From an uncultured virus (IMG/VR IMGVR_UViG_3300022660_000071) (lineage: Duplodnaviria; Heunggongvirae; Uroviricota; Caudoviricetes), in the IMG/VR virus record IMGVR_UViG_3300022660_000071: a stretch of 64,000 bases of DNA. The stretch is one strand, 5' to 3'. The notes beneath the pieces are model-generated. The model worked only from the letters and a program-made list of their open reading frames with translations. It had not been told where the DNA came from and ran no database searches. A program made the position numbers and the translations under genes. Positions 39,088-48,446 of this stretch are shown piece by piece; the first letter of the stretch is position 1, and each line of letters starts with the position of its first letter.

Positions 39088-39588
39088 TTAGTCCCTATTT
39101 ATTTTTTCATAAGTGTTAAAAGTTAAAGTATAATCACCATCTTGGTAAGAATCAGAAGTCCAGGTAAGTTCAAAATCTGGATTTTCGTCAAGATTTGGGA
39201 AGAATACAGTTCCGTCACCATCTGCATCAACCTTAGTTACTAAAACAAAGTCTACATAATCAATAAAACTGTGGTACATCATTGCTCCACCGATTATCCA
39301 AACTGTCTGAGTCTTAGAAAGCTCTTTTACTAGTTTAAGACAATCTTCAAAAGTATGAACACAAAAACAATCGTCTCTTTCAACTTCTTCTGGGCATAAA
39401 CAGATAGTTGATCTGCCTTTAAGTGGCTTGCTTCCTGGGAAGCTTAAAAGTGTCCTATAGCCACATACTACTACTGAATCCGAAGTTTCTATCTTAAATT
39501 GCTTCATATCAGTTGGCAAATGAAACAACAAATCATTATCTTTTCCAATGCCCCACTTTTTATCACAGCATACTATTGCTTTAATCAT
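39088..39588 (-). CDS. folA: Dihydrofolate reductase
   Basis: GIGKDNDL, DMKQFK, G.RT..S.P..KPLKGR, IIGG and FFP. Confidence 0.93.
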   Translation of the reverse strand: MIKAIVCCDKKWGIGKDNDLLFHLPTDMKQFKIETSDSVVVCGYRTLLSFPGSKPLKGRSTICLCPEEVERDDCFCVHTFEDCLKLVKELSKTQTVWIIGGAMMYHSFIDYVDFVLVTKVDADGDGTVFFPNLDENPDFELTWTSDSYQDGDYTLTFNTYEKINRD

Positions 39589-40052
39589 ATTTTGGTCTCC
39601 TTTTCTCTTATCTGTCTTAAAATACCATCGTCGGAACGCATATAAATAACACCTTTATTATTTATAATACGATTTATTCCAGCATTTTTTATAAGTCTTA
39701 AACAAATCTCACAAGGCCAAGCTTCGCATTCAAGGGCTTCGCCAGTTTTTACATCAAAGCCAGCTAAATAAAGGTCAGCTCCAAGCATATCATTTCTAGA
39801 AGCACTAATTATTGCATTCATTTCTGCATGGACAGCTTCACAATGCTGGTACTCTGCCATATCACCATTGCCAGGGGCTTTTGTGCAAAAAGTGCAATTA
39901 CTTTCACCTCTAACATTGCCATTATAGCCAGTACTCAAAATAGTTCCATTTTTCACAATCACAGCTCCGTAATGCTTTTTAAGACACGATGCTCGCAAAG
40001 AAACTGCTTTTGCGATTTCTATATAATATTCATCTAAAGATGGTCTTTTCAT
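39585..40052 (-). CDS. dCMP deaminase (ComEB-like)
   Basis: RASC, GAVIV, TGYNG, HAEMNA and PCEIC. Confidence 0.92.
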   Translation of the reverse strand: MKRPSLDEYYIEIAKAVSLRASCLKKHYGAVIVKNGTILSTGYNGNVRGESNCTFCTKAPGNGDMAEYQHCEAVHAEMNAIISASRNDMLGADLYLAGFDVKTGEALECEAWPCEICLRLIKNAGINRIINNKGVIYMRSDDGILRQIREKETKI

Positions 40053-40090
40053 AAAGCTCCTCTCTTTCTATTGATATTATAATATACGAT

Positions 40091-40120
40091 AAAAGGTAGG
40101 CTATTTTGTTAACCTACCTT
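40091..40120 (-). terminator. Intrinsic terminator
   Basis: Minus strand AAGGTAGGTTA-loop-TAGCCTACCTTTT. Confidence 0.75.
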
Positions 40121-40127
40121 AATTATG

Positions 40128-40697
40128 TTAGTTATTTTCTATCCTAGCTAAAGTACCATTTTTATATCCTATTTTGAGATAGCTTTTAATTTTTTTATAT
40201 AATTTATAAAAATCTTTTTCACTTTCAGACTCATGTATATTCCAAAGAAGCTTTTCAAAAAGATATTCCGTTTCTTCATTAAGAATACGAACACCTTTAC
40301 ATTTAGTTATCCAGTAATCCCAAGGAGTTTTAACTGACCAATTTTCTTTATTATAGGCTTTTCCTGCCGCTATAAAATCACAGAACATTTCAATAACATA
40401 CTTATAAGGCATTTTTACTGCGTTCATCTTTTCGAATGAATCTACCCAATACTCTGAATGATGCTTATTTCTATTTCTATGATGATACCAGCTAGGTGAA
40501 TATCCAAGCTCTTTTCTTGCTACATCATGAGGACTTAGCGTACCAGTATAATATTTACAAATTTTAAGCTCTGCTAATGAGTACTTACTAAGATCGTGTA
40601 AAAGTCCTTGAATAGGAATACCCATTTTAAAGCAAGCTTTTATAACATGCTTTCTATGAGTTCTTATCATTTTTATGTGTTTCCAAAAATTAGTCAT
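40128..40697 (-). CDS. His-rich HD-like hypothetical protein (DUF5662-like)
   Basis: HRKHV, GLLHDLSKYS, WYHH..RNKHH.EYW and EMFCD; start probably MTNFWKH. Confidence 0.7.
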   Translation of the reverse strand: MTNFWKHIKMIRTHRKHVIKACFKMGIPIQGLLHDLSKYSLAELKICKYYTGTLSPHDVARKELGYSPSWYHHRNRNKHHSEYWVDSFEKMNAVKMPYKYVIEMFCDFIAAGKAYNKENWSVKTPWDYWITKCKGVRILNEETEYLFEKLLWNIHESESEKDFYKLYKKIKSYLKIGYKNGTLARIENN

Positions 40698-40698
40698 A

Positions 40699-41133
40699 CT
40701 AGATACCACTGTTAACCACTTCATTAACAAGTTGAGCAATTTTAGATTTATCAAATTTAGAGCCAACTTCTTTTACGGTAAGTCCAATAAGTTTACCTTT
40801 ATTCTTTTCTTGCTCAAAAAGTTTTTTAATAATTTCTTTAACTTCGTCAGCGGTCATTTGTTTTGGAAGGTACTCACTTAAAAGCTGGATTTTATAGTCT
40901 AAATCTTTATACTGTTGATCGTCAGGCTTATAATAGGTTTTAGTTTCTTGAAGCTCTTTTACTTCTTTGATAATAATATTTTCTACAATACTATCAGTTA
41001 AAGGAAGCTCATAACTGCCAGATTTTTCAGCGACTAAAATTTTTGCTTTTATACCTTCAAAAGCTGATTTACCTATAGTATCACGGGCTTTAAAAAGTTC
41101 TTTCCATTTTAAATTAATTTGTTCTTTCAACAT
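40699..41133 (-). CDS. GatB/YqeY domain protein
   Basis: L.EQI...WKE.FKARD and YLPKQMTADEV. Confidence 0.82.
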   Translation of the reverse strand: MLKEQINLKWKELFKARDTIGKSAFEGIKAKILVAEKSGSYELPLTDSIVENIIIKEVKELQETKTYYKPDDQQYKDLDYKIQLLSEYLPKQMTADEVKEIIKKLFEQEKNKGKLIGLTVKEVGSKFDKSKIAQLVNEVVNSGI

Positions 41134-41143
41134 AATTTACTCC

Positions 41144-41296
41144 TTACTCGGCAACTTCTTTTAAGTATTTTTCTAAGGCAATTCTAATCAACGCATTCAT
41201 AGTCATGTCTTGCGCATCTGCCTGTGCTCTCAACTTTTCATTTAATTCTTTTGAAATATCTAAATTAATTCTAATTCTTTCCTTCTTCATTTTCAT
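41144..41296 (-). CDS. Small ribbon-helix-helix protein
   Basis: RIRINLDISKELNEKLRAQA...MTMNALIRIALEKYL; start MKMKK after GAGG. Confidence 0.75.
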   Translation of the reverse strand: MKMKKERIRINLDISKELNEKLRAQADAQDMTMNALIRIALEKYLKEVAE

Positions 41297-41981
41297 AATC
41301 CTCTTTATAATACCAGTTATAGCCCAATAATTTATGACTTTTACCACAAATTTTGCTTATTTGTGAACCGTGTCTACCTACACTTTTTCCTGCAGCGGTA
41401 GCAGATTTGTAATAACAAATTTCACCAGTTTCAGATATTCTAACAACTTCTCTAATCCTCGCTGCGTGAGTACCTAAGGTTTGATAAGTATCATACTCAG
41501 TTGCAAAACACCAATAAAAACCACCAACAGTTAAGTATCCACGCTTACGACCACAACAACGAGTGATTCTATCGGGTGAGGTGTTAAAAGTTCTAGCCGC
41601 CTCTGAGACTGATTCAAATTCAGCTAGAATGTTCTTATTCTGGTCCAACTGAAATACTTTTTTCTGAATTGCTGTTGTATTATTACAAGTACCACCTTGA
41701 GTACTGTTATAGCCATTACATTGAGGGTCATAAATCCAAGTGTGATAATAAGCTATCCAATATTGCTCACGTTCATTAGCTAAAGTTTTTGTTGGGATAT
41801 TATCTTCTATGATTTCATGATAAAAATTATCAAAGCCATACTTTTTAATCGCGGCATAAAAAATAGGGCTTTCTTTATAGCCAAAACCATTTCGCCATCT
41901 ACGAGTTGCTTTTTGCGAAGTTAATCCAACATAGCTCTTACCATTAAATTTATTAATATGTCGATAAATTAAATAAGTCAT
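41271..41981 (-). mobile_element. Free-standing GIY-YIG homing endonuclease
   Basis: LIYRHINKFNGKSYVGLT, GYNSTQGG and NUMOD1-like C-terminal domains; downstream of thyA. Confidence 0.9.
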
Positions 41982-42053
41982 ACATTACTCCTAAATTAAG
42001 GTTCTTACACTTAATTTAGCAAATAATTTTCGCGCATTTTTTATATATTTTTA

Positions 42054-42905
42054 TTAAACAGCTACTGGAATTTTTCCAGCATATTTAGTAGATTTATACT
42101 CAATTAATTTAAAGTCATCTACTGTAAAATCATAAAAATCTTTAACTTCTGGGTTAATCCAAAACGCAGGGGCGTCATATTCGGGGTTATTTAATACTTC
42201 TTGCATAATTGGAATATGTCTATCATAAATATGTAAGTTATTTACATAATGATTTAAGATTCCGGGTTTTAATCCACAAACCTGTGCAATCATATGAACA
42301 AGAATAGCATACTCAATAGTATCAAAGCCGCCACTTGCAGCTGCCGCTGCAGTATCGCCTGAACGCTGTATTAAAGTACAATTTAATTTACCATCAGTAA
42401 CATCCCAAATCGTTTCATAGCAGCATGGTGCCAAATTCATTTCCTTTAAATCTTTTGGATTCCACATCGTAACAATCATGCGTCTATTCATTGGATTATT
42501 TTTTAAATTGTAAATTAAAGCATCTACTTGGTCCATATAACCTTCAGGTAAGTTATATTTTTGTGCTAATTGATATGAATAGGTTTTTCCAATAGAACCT
42601 GTTTCGTCCGCCCAAGCATCCCAAATATGTGCGTCTAAGTCTTTAATATTATTAGACTTTTTAACCCACATCCAAATAACTTCTTTAACTGCTGTTTTAA
42701 ATGGCTGAGTTCTTAAAGTTAAAATTGGAAATTCTTTAGATAAATCATAGCTACGTAAAACACCGAATGTTTTAATCGTATGTGCAGGCTCTGTTGAACC
42801 ATCTTCATTTATCCAAACGGGTCTTACTGGAAAATCCTTATCATTAAATCCTTCTGCTAAAAGCTTATTTACTTCTTCTTTGAAATATTTATCAGCTAAA
42901 CTCAT
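42054..42905 (-). CDS. thyA: Thymidylate synthase family protein (Asp at the conserved Asn)
   Basis: FPILT, NRRMI..MWN, LAPCC, QRSGD and HIYDRH. Confidence 0.9.
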   Translation of the reverse strand: MSLADKYFKEEVNKLLAEGFNDKDFPVRPVWINEDGSTEPAHTIKTFGVLRSYDLSKEFPILTLRTQPFKTAVKEVIWMWVKKSNNIKDLDAHIWDAWADETGSIGKTYSYQLAQKYNLPEGYMDQVDALIYNLKNNPMNRRMIVTMWNPKDLKEMNLAPCCYETIWDVTDGKLNCTLIQRSGDTAAAAASGGFDTIEYAILVHMIAQVCGLKPGILNHYVNNLHIYDRHIPIMQEVLNNPEYDAPAFWINPEVKDFYDFTVDDFKLIEYKSTKYAGKIPVAV

Positions 42906-42949
42906 TCAATAAAACTCTCCTAAATAAAATTTTATATTATATAATACAA

Positions 42950-42981
42950 TAAAAGACGACCATATTTAATGATCGTCTTTA
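42950..42981 (-). terminator. Intrinsic terminator fused to the thyA promoter motif
   Basis: Minus strand TAAAGACGATCAT-loop-ATGGTCGTCTTTTA then TTGTATTATA. Confidence 0.75.
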
Positions 42982-42991
42982 AAATTTTTAT

Positions 42992-44065
42992 TTAGTTATC
43001 GAGTTCCCATTTACCGTTATCATAAAATGTTACGTAGTACTCTCCGTTATCATTTGGGCCGTCTTCATCATAGACTTTTCCAAGTTTTTTATAAAGTCTA
43101 ATAGCACCTTCGTTTTTAGCGTCAACAAAGCAATAAATTAGATCATACTTAGATTTATTACGTTCTACAACATCTTGAACAACTTTGGTGCCTAATCCTT
43201 TACCTCTTTCGATAATCATAAAGTTGCCAATTCCTAAACACTTGGCGCCGTCCTCTTCATATTCGGATAAACCAATATAACCCACAAGTTTTCCTTCTAC
43301 GTGGATTTCTTCAATACTTAATTTAAGTTCACTATCGGATAATCCGCCATAGCCACCTAAAATCTCTGCGGCATATTTTTTAAAAAGTTCAATATCAGAA
43401 AGCGGTCTATATTCAATTTGAGTTAATTCTTCAGTAAGTCCTTCTTCTGGAACCTCTTTCTCTAAGACATTATTAGAAATATCTAATACTTCGTCTACTG
43501 GATATTCATGACAGGCTTGAGCGAGCTCCCAGTTATTTACTCCAGTGATTGGTTTATCTAAAAATCTTACTTCTAGTATATCAGAATTTTCATCGTAGCG
43601 CCACCATTTAGCAGCCACGTCTTTTAATAATTCACCAAAAGAATTAAATTTATGAATACCTTTAGCGTGTTCCATTGAATGCTCAAACCAGAAGTATTTT
43701 TCGTCGTCATCTTGGTAAGTAAGGAAAACGTGTGCACTTCCGTCTGCACCGTAATCGTCTTTAGAATTATTTTCTTTTACGAAAATTAGTTGAGTCTCAT
43801 AACCTAGCTCATCTAGAACTTTTTTCTCTAAGTAAGATTGTTCTGCACAATGGCCAGTACCGGTTGCTAAAACTTCCTCAGCTGTTTTAGTAGGTGGGTC
43901 ATCTTCAGCACCGTATTCATCATTTGCTAACTCATATGTAATATTTTCTTCCATCCAATCTAAAAGTTCTTCAGGCGAGTTAACATCCTTAATAAAAGGT
44001 TCAGCATTTTCATTTAATTTATTTAGCTCCTCATAGAGCTTTAAAAAATCTGAATTAAATATCAT
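42992..44065 (-). CDS. Transglutaminase/papain-like domain fused to GNAT acetyltransferase
   Basis: N-terminal GHCAEQS...HVF...WFE (Cys-His-Glu); C-terminal RGKGLGT and NEGAIRLYKKLG. Confidence 0.72.
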   Translation of the reverse strand: MIFNSDFLKLYEELNKLNENAEPFIKDVNSPEELLDWMEENITYELANDEYGAEDDPPTKTAEEVLATGTGHCAEQSYLEKKVLDELGYETQLIFVKENNSKDDYGADGSAHVFLTYQDDDEKYFWFEHSMEHAKGIHKFNSFGELLKDVAAKWWRYDENSDILEVRFLDKPITGVNNWELAQACHEYPVDEVLDISNNVLEKEVPEEGLTEELTQIEYRPLSDIELFKKYAAEILGGYGGLSDSELKLSIEEIHVEGKLVGYIGLSEYEEDGAKCLGIGNFMIIERGKGLGTKVVQDVVERNKSKYDLIYCFVDAKNEGAIRLYKKLGKVYDEDGPNDNGEYYVTFYDNGKWELDN

Positions 44066-44108
44066 ATTAACCTCTATGTTAATTTACTATATAATTTAGC
44101 AATTAGGA

Positions 44109-45491
44109 TTAAATAAATTTCGTTGTATTGGGAGCTATTACTTTAAGCATTTTAGTTTTAAGCGCCCTATATTTCTTAGTAAGCATTTCAAAAATGTCAG
44201 ATTGGTCATTTTCAAGCTCACTGATAATATTTTGTAGGTCAGTAATTTCTTGTTGATGTTCTTTTGTTAAGTAAGAAATAGGCTTACGTAATACTGCCTG
44301 AGCCGTTTCATTTGAGCACTTGAAAGTTTTTACTAAGAAATCACAGGCGTCGTCATACGTCAAATCAAAAATAGCTTTCCAGTTATCAGTTTTCTTAAGC
44401 TTTTCAATAATTTGAAGCACTTCAAGTTTTTCTTTATTATCTTGAATTTGGTGGGTTAATCTATTTGTGTGAGTCTCAATCAAGTATTTAAGATTAGATT
44501 TAACTACTAAATCAAAGCTGCAAGGTACGTAAATATGGTCTTGGTCAAAGAAAGCAAGATTGTAAGTTTCAGAAGTTTGAAGTTTTTTATAAAGTCTATC
44601 AAAAATTTCTTGCATATCGCATTGCTTCTTAAATACTTTTTCAATAACAATACGGGTCTCGTAGGTAGACTCATCTCGCATATCTACTTTATCAAGTAAG
44701 ATTTCTTTTTCAATGATTTTTCTTACATGTTCTGCAGACTTTGAAGAAGGCATTGCAGTGATGGTGATAGTGCCGTTCTTATCAATGGTCATCTCAGGCG
44801 CAAGTCTTACGGTGCCTTTACCTGTTTTCAAAACGTCTTCCCATTCTTTTTTAGATGATAAAATAGGAACACCCACGTTAGGAATAGGAAGTTTCTTGGG
44901 AACATGGTTTAAATCTTTATGTTTAAGAATATCAAGGTAGTAATCAAACATTCCTTCAATATCAAGACTAGGAATATTAAGCTTAGGAAGTCCAGCAGGA
45001 ATACCTGACATTGAGTTTAAGAAACAAAGTGGAAGAAGCGTGGGTAGTGCAATAGGCTCCGGCTTATCTAATTCACCGGTCATAGTAGGACAATATTCAA
45101 CACCATCACACGTTAAGTCGATAGCAAGGTCAGAAAGCTTACAACCGATATAACGGGGTGCAGATGCTTCTATGTTTTTAAGACGATTACCGAAGTTTCC
45201 TTGCTTATCTAAAAAGTTAAATTTATTACTAGTATCACCAAGAGATACGATTACTTCAGGAACAGCCGTTGGGTGCGGGTGCATATCAAGACAATAACCA
45301 GCTGCTTCTGCTACCTTAATAATTGATCTAGGGGCTTTTTTATAAAGAGAATAAATAACTCTTTTTTGTACACTTTTTGCGCCGTCTATTACTGAACCAT
45401 ACGCACGACCAGCTGCAACGTAGATACTGTATTCTTTATAATTTTCAGATGCAAGTTCAAGAGCATCTTTTACAGGAATAACTTTACTCAT
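44109..45491 (-). CDS. Type IIA topoisomerase subunit A (GyrA/ParC-like, no CTD)
   Basis: DGAKSVQKR, HPH, QGNFG and SAPRY (catalytic Tyr). Confidence 0.9.
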   Translation of the reverse strand: MSKVIPVKDALELASENYKEYSIYVAAGRAYGSVIDGAKSVQKRVIYSLYKKAPRSIIKVAEAAGYCLDMHPHPTAVPEVIVSLGDTSNKFNFLDKQGNFGNRLKNIEASAPRYIGCKLSDLAIDLTCDGVEYCPTMTGELDKPEPIALPTLLPLCFLNSMSGIPAGLPKLNIPSLDIEGMFDYYLDILKHKDLNHVPKKLPIPNVGVPILSSKKEWEDVLKTGKGTVRLAPEMTIDKNGTITITAMPSSKSAEHVRKIIEKEILLDKVDMRDESTYETRIVIEKVFKKQCDMQEIFDRLYKKLQTSETYNLAFFDQDHIYVPCSFDLVVKSNLKYLIETHTNRLTHQIQDNKEKLEVLQIIEKLKKTDNWKAIFDLTYDDACDFLVKTFKCSNETAQAVLRKPISYLTKEHQQEITDLQNIISELENDQSDIFEMLTKKYRALKTKMLKVIAPNTTKFI

Positions 45492-45504
45492 TTAATATAC
45501 CTCC

Positions 45505-47583
45505 TTAGTCAAATAGCCCAGCAAAAAGATTTGCTTGTACAGGCTTAGCTTCTACGGCCTTCTTTTTAGCGGCAGGTTTTTTAGTTGATGTCTTTTCTGA
45601 GGCCTTAACTTGTGTTTTAGCGGGCTTCTTTTCAGCAACTTTTTTAACTTCAGTTTTAACTTCTTCCACTGCTTTAACAGGCTTAACTTCTGCAATAGGA
45701 TTTTCAAAAGCTCTTGCTTCATTACTTAAAATAATGCCAAGGTCTTTAAGCAAACTACCTTTACCTTCTGACGTACCAAGAATTTTGTTAAATTCGTCGA
45801 TATCTGAAGGATACTCTATTTGAAGTACGTTTCTAGTATTTTTATCTACTAAGAAATAATATAATTGGTCATCGTTCATTTCGCCAAGACCTTTGAAGCG
45901 GTGAACGTCTTTAGCAGTAGTAGGAATATCTTCTACTTTGTTGCACCAGCCATAGTCTTTAGCTGACTTGCCCCAACAATACAAAGGTGGAAGGGAAACG
46001 TAGACTCTACCTTGCTTAACCATATCAGGGAACAAATTAATAAATACAGCAAGTACTAGACAGTTAATTTGAAGTCCATCAGGGTCGGCGTCGGCTGAAA
46101 TAATTACTCGTTCATAACGAGACTTTGAAGCATCGCATTGAGCGCCAATGCCACAACCAATACTATTTGCAATATCACAGATTTCTTTATTTTGAATAAC
46201 TTCTTTAAGGTCTTTATATGTAGTATTAAGAATCTTACCTCTGATAGGAAGCACTGCTTGAGTTGCTTTATCTCTTACATATAAATAAGGTCCCATAGCA
46301 GAATCACCTTCAACTATAAATAACTCTGTATCATCCCTCTTCCTTGAGGTACATTCTACGAGTTTAGACACAACTGAGCGACGTCTAATATTATCACCAG
46401 AGTCTTCATTAATTTTGATTAAAGAAGAAATCTCTTTACGAGAAAGCAGAGCATTCTGTGCGATACGATACTCTTCAAAGCGCTTTATAAGCTGTTGTGC
46501 AACATCAATATTATCAGTTAAATACTTTATTAAGCTCTTACTAAACGCTTCCATAAGGCTATCAAAATAGGCCTTATTTACAACTAGTTTCTCTTTTGTT
46601 TGGGATGAAAATTCTGGGTGCGAAATAAATACAGCACATACACCCCTGAGACCTACAAGATAATCAGAAGGCTTTAATTCTACTACTGGACGTAAATTCT
46701 TATATTTGTTTATAAGCGTTTCCCATGCTGAAATAACAGTCTTAGATAGACATTGTACGTGAGTACCGCCAAGATAGTTAGCAAGAAGATTGGTATAACC
46801 AAAATATCTATCTTTTGTATCTGAAGTATAACGCAAGGCTACTTTCATTGACTCGCCTGCGTCATTTTTAACTTCAATAGTAGGAATATCTACGTATGTA
46901 GCGACCTTATTATCTTCTTCTTTAATTAAGTCAAAAATAGTACAATCTGTATTCTGTGCCTCGCCGTCAATAGCACACTTAGCTCTAAATCCGAGGGCTG
47001 AAGCAATCCTACAACGACTAAGGATAAACTCACGTGGAATTTTTACCGAATGGAAGTATTTTTTATTTGGTATAAAAGACGCTGATGTACCAGAAGGTCC
47101 GTCAAATTTACCCCTATTTAATTCAACTTGCGCTGAGCCGTGAGTGATGGCATGCACGTATCTTCCATTACGACGAGTAATAATTTCAAAAGTTTCAGAA
47201 AGCGCATTAGTAACAGTCATACCTACACCATTGAGGCCGGCGGAATAGTTATAAGAGTTATTATCAAATTTACCGCCAGAGTTGGCAATAGTCATAAGAA
47301 CTTCTACTACTTCTTTTTCCTCACCATTTTCTAACTTTTTCTTGCCAATCGGGATCCCTCTCCCGAAATCGCTTACGCAGTATCTATTTTCTTTAGTATC
47401 TACTTCAACAATAAGCTCTGGTGAATGGCCAGCAGAAACTTCGTCCATAGCATTATCAAACATCTCAGAGAAAAGCGATCTTGGGTCGTTAGCCTCACCG
47501 ATATACATTCCAGAACGAAGCTGAATGTGTTCGATATCATTTAAAACTTTAATATTATCGGAAGTATATTGTTTATTTGCCAT
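45505..47583 (-). CDS. Type IIA topoisomerase subunit B (GyrB/ParE-like)
   Basis: EMFDNAMDE, DFGRGIP, GLNGVG, VEGDSA, PIRGKILN, DADPDG and RFKGLGEM. Confidence 0.95.
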   Translation of the reverse strand: MANKQYTSDNIKVLNDIEHIQLRSGMYIGEANDPRSLFSEMFDNAMDEVSAGHSPELIVEVDTKENRYCVSDFGRGIPIGKKKLENGEEKEVVEVLMTIANSGGKFDNNSYNYSAGLNGVGMTVTNALSETFEIITRRNGRYVHAITHGSAQVELNRGKFDGPSGTSASFIPNKKYFHSVKIPREFILSRCRIASALGFRAKCAIDGEAQNTDCTIFDLIKEEDNKVATYVDIPTIEVKNDAGESMKVALRYTSDTKDRYFGYTNLLANYLGGTHVQCLSKTVISAWETLINKYKNLRPVVELKPSDYLVGLRGVCAVFISHPEFSSQTKEKLVVNKAYFDSLMEAFSKSLIKYLTDNIDVAQQLIKRFEEYRIAQNALLSRKEISSLIKINEDSGDNIRRRSVVSKLVECTSRKRDDTELFIVEGDSAMGPYLYVRDKATQAVLPIRGKILNTTYKDLKEVIQNKEICDIANSIGCGIGAQCDASKSRYERVIISADADPDGLQINCLVLAVFINLFPDMVKQGRVYVSLPPLYCWGKSAKDYGWCNKVEDIPTTAKDVHRFKGLGEMNDDQLYYFLVDKNTRNVLQIEYPSDIDEFNKILGTSEGKGSLLKDLGIILSNEARAFENPIAEVKPVKAVEEVKTEVKKVAEKKPAKTQVKASEKTSTKKPAAKKKAVEAKPVQANLFAGLFD

Positions 47584-47670
47584 AATATTGTCTTACTCCT
47601 TTGGTATCGTTTATTCATCATTTAGTATTTTATACTTTATATTATACAATATCTATTTTTAAAATTTAAT

Positions 47671-47704
47671 AAAAAAAAATAAGACCTATCTTTCGACAGG
47701 TCTC
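47671..47704 (-). terminator. Intrinsic terminator
   Basis: Minus strand AGACCTGTC-GAAA-GATAGGTCT followed by TATTTTTTTTT. Confidence 0.8.
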
Positions 47705-47711
47705 TATAATA

Positions 47712-48350
47712 TTATATTTTTCTACTTGACATAAGTGCTGCAAGTCTTTCAAAATCATCCATTTTAATTACTTCTAGCTTATTCATATCTGGAAGTACTT
47801 GACTGTGAACATAGTCATTACCACCAAGATCTTCATAGTCACTTACCAATTTAAAGAAGGCGTGTTGTTCCATTTCTGTCCAAGCTTTCATCGGATTTCT
47901 TTCTTTATTAGTAAAAAGACGGTGTTCATCTAAAAGTTTCTGTCTAATAGCGTTCTTTTCACGACTTTCTAAACGGTCTAGACGCTCATTTAAAACACGT
48001 TGGTTATCTGCAACCCCACGTTGAATAGCTTCGCAAGCAGATAAGATTTCTCTGTCAGTTGTTTGAAGCTGAGTTTGAATCTGAAGACTTTGTGCACGAT
48101 AAGAAGGAAGAGCATCTACGGCCGCTTGAAGTGCGGCTATTTTTGCGTCTCTTACTTCGTTTCCTTGCTTAAGCTTATTAATTTCTGCTTGTTGAGCGGC
48201 CTCTCTTTCAGCAATTCTAGCTTCTTCAGCCTCTCTTTGTTCTTTTCTAATTTTTGGCAATGCAACTAACTTATTAAAAAGTAGGGTCACAGTAAGTGTT
48301 AACACAACAGACCCTGCTGCGCTTAATATGGTCAATAACCAACCTGGCAT
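47712..48350 (-). CDS. Membrane-anchored coiled-coil protein, possible holin/lysis protein
   Basis: N-terminal hydrophobic helix, coiled coil and Y..LGGN motif; own late-type promoter. Confidence 0.5.
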   Translation of the reverse strand: MPGWLLTILSAAGSVVLTLTVTLLFNKLVALPKIRKEQREAEEARIAEREAAQQAEINKLKQGNEVRDAKIAALQAAVDALPSYRAQSLQIQTQLQTTDREILSACEAIQRGVADNQRVLNERLDRLESREKNAIRQKLLDEHRLFTNKERNPMKAWTEMEQHAFFKLVSDYEDLGGNDYVHSQVLPDMNKLEVIKMDDFERLAALMSSRKI

Positions 48351-48446
48351 GTCAAATACTCCTTCACTAAATTAAATAATAAATAACATAATTTAATCAA
48401 TTAATTTAGCGAATAAAATATAGCTCTTTAATAAATTAACAAATTA

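Noticed and set aside
45505..47583. T4 gene 60-like coding gap in the topoisomerase
   Set aside because: Both topoisomerase II subunit ORFs are continuous with all motifs in frame
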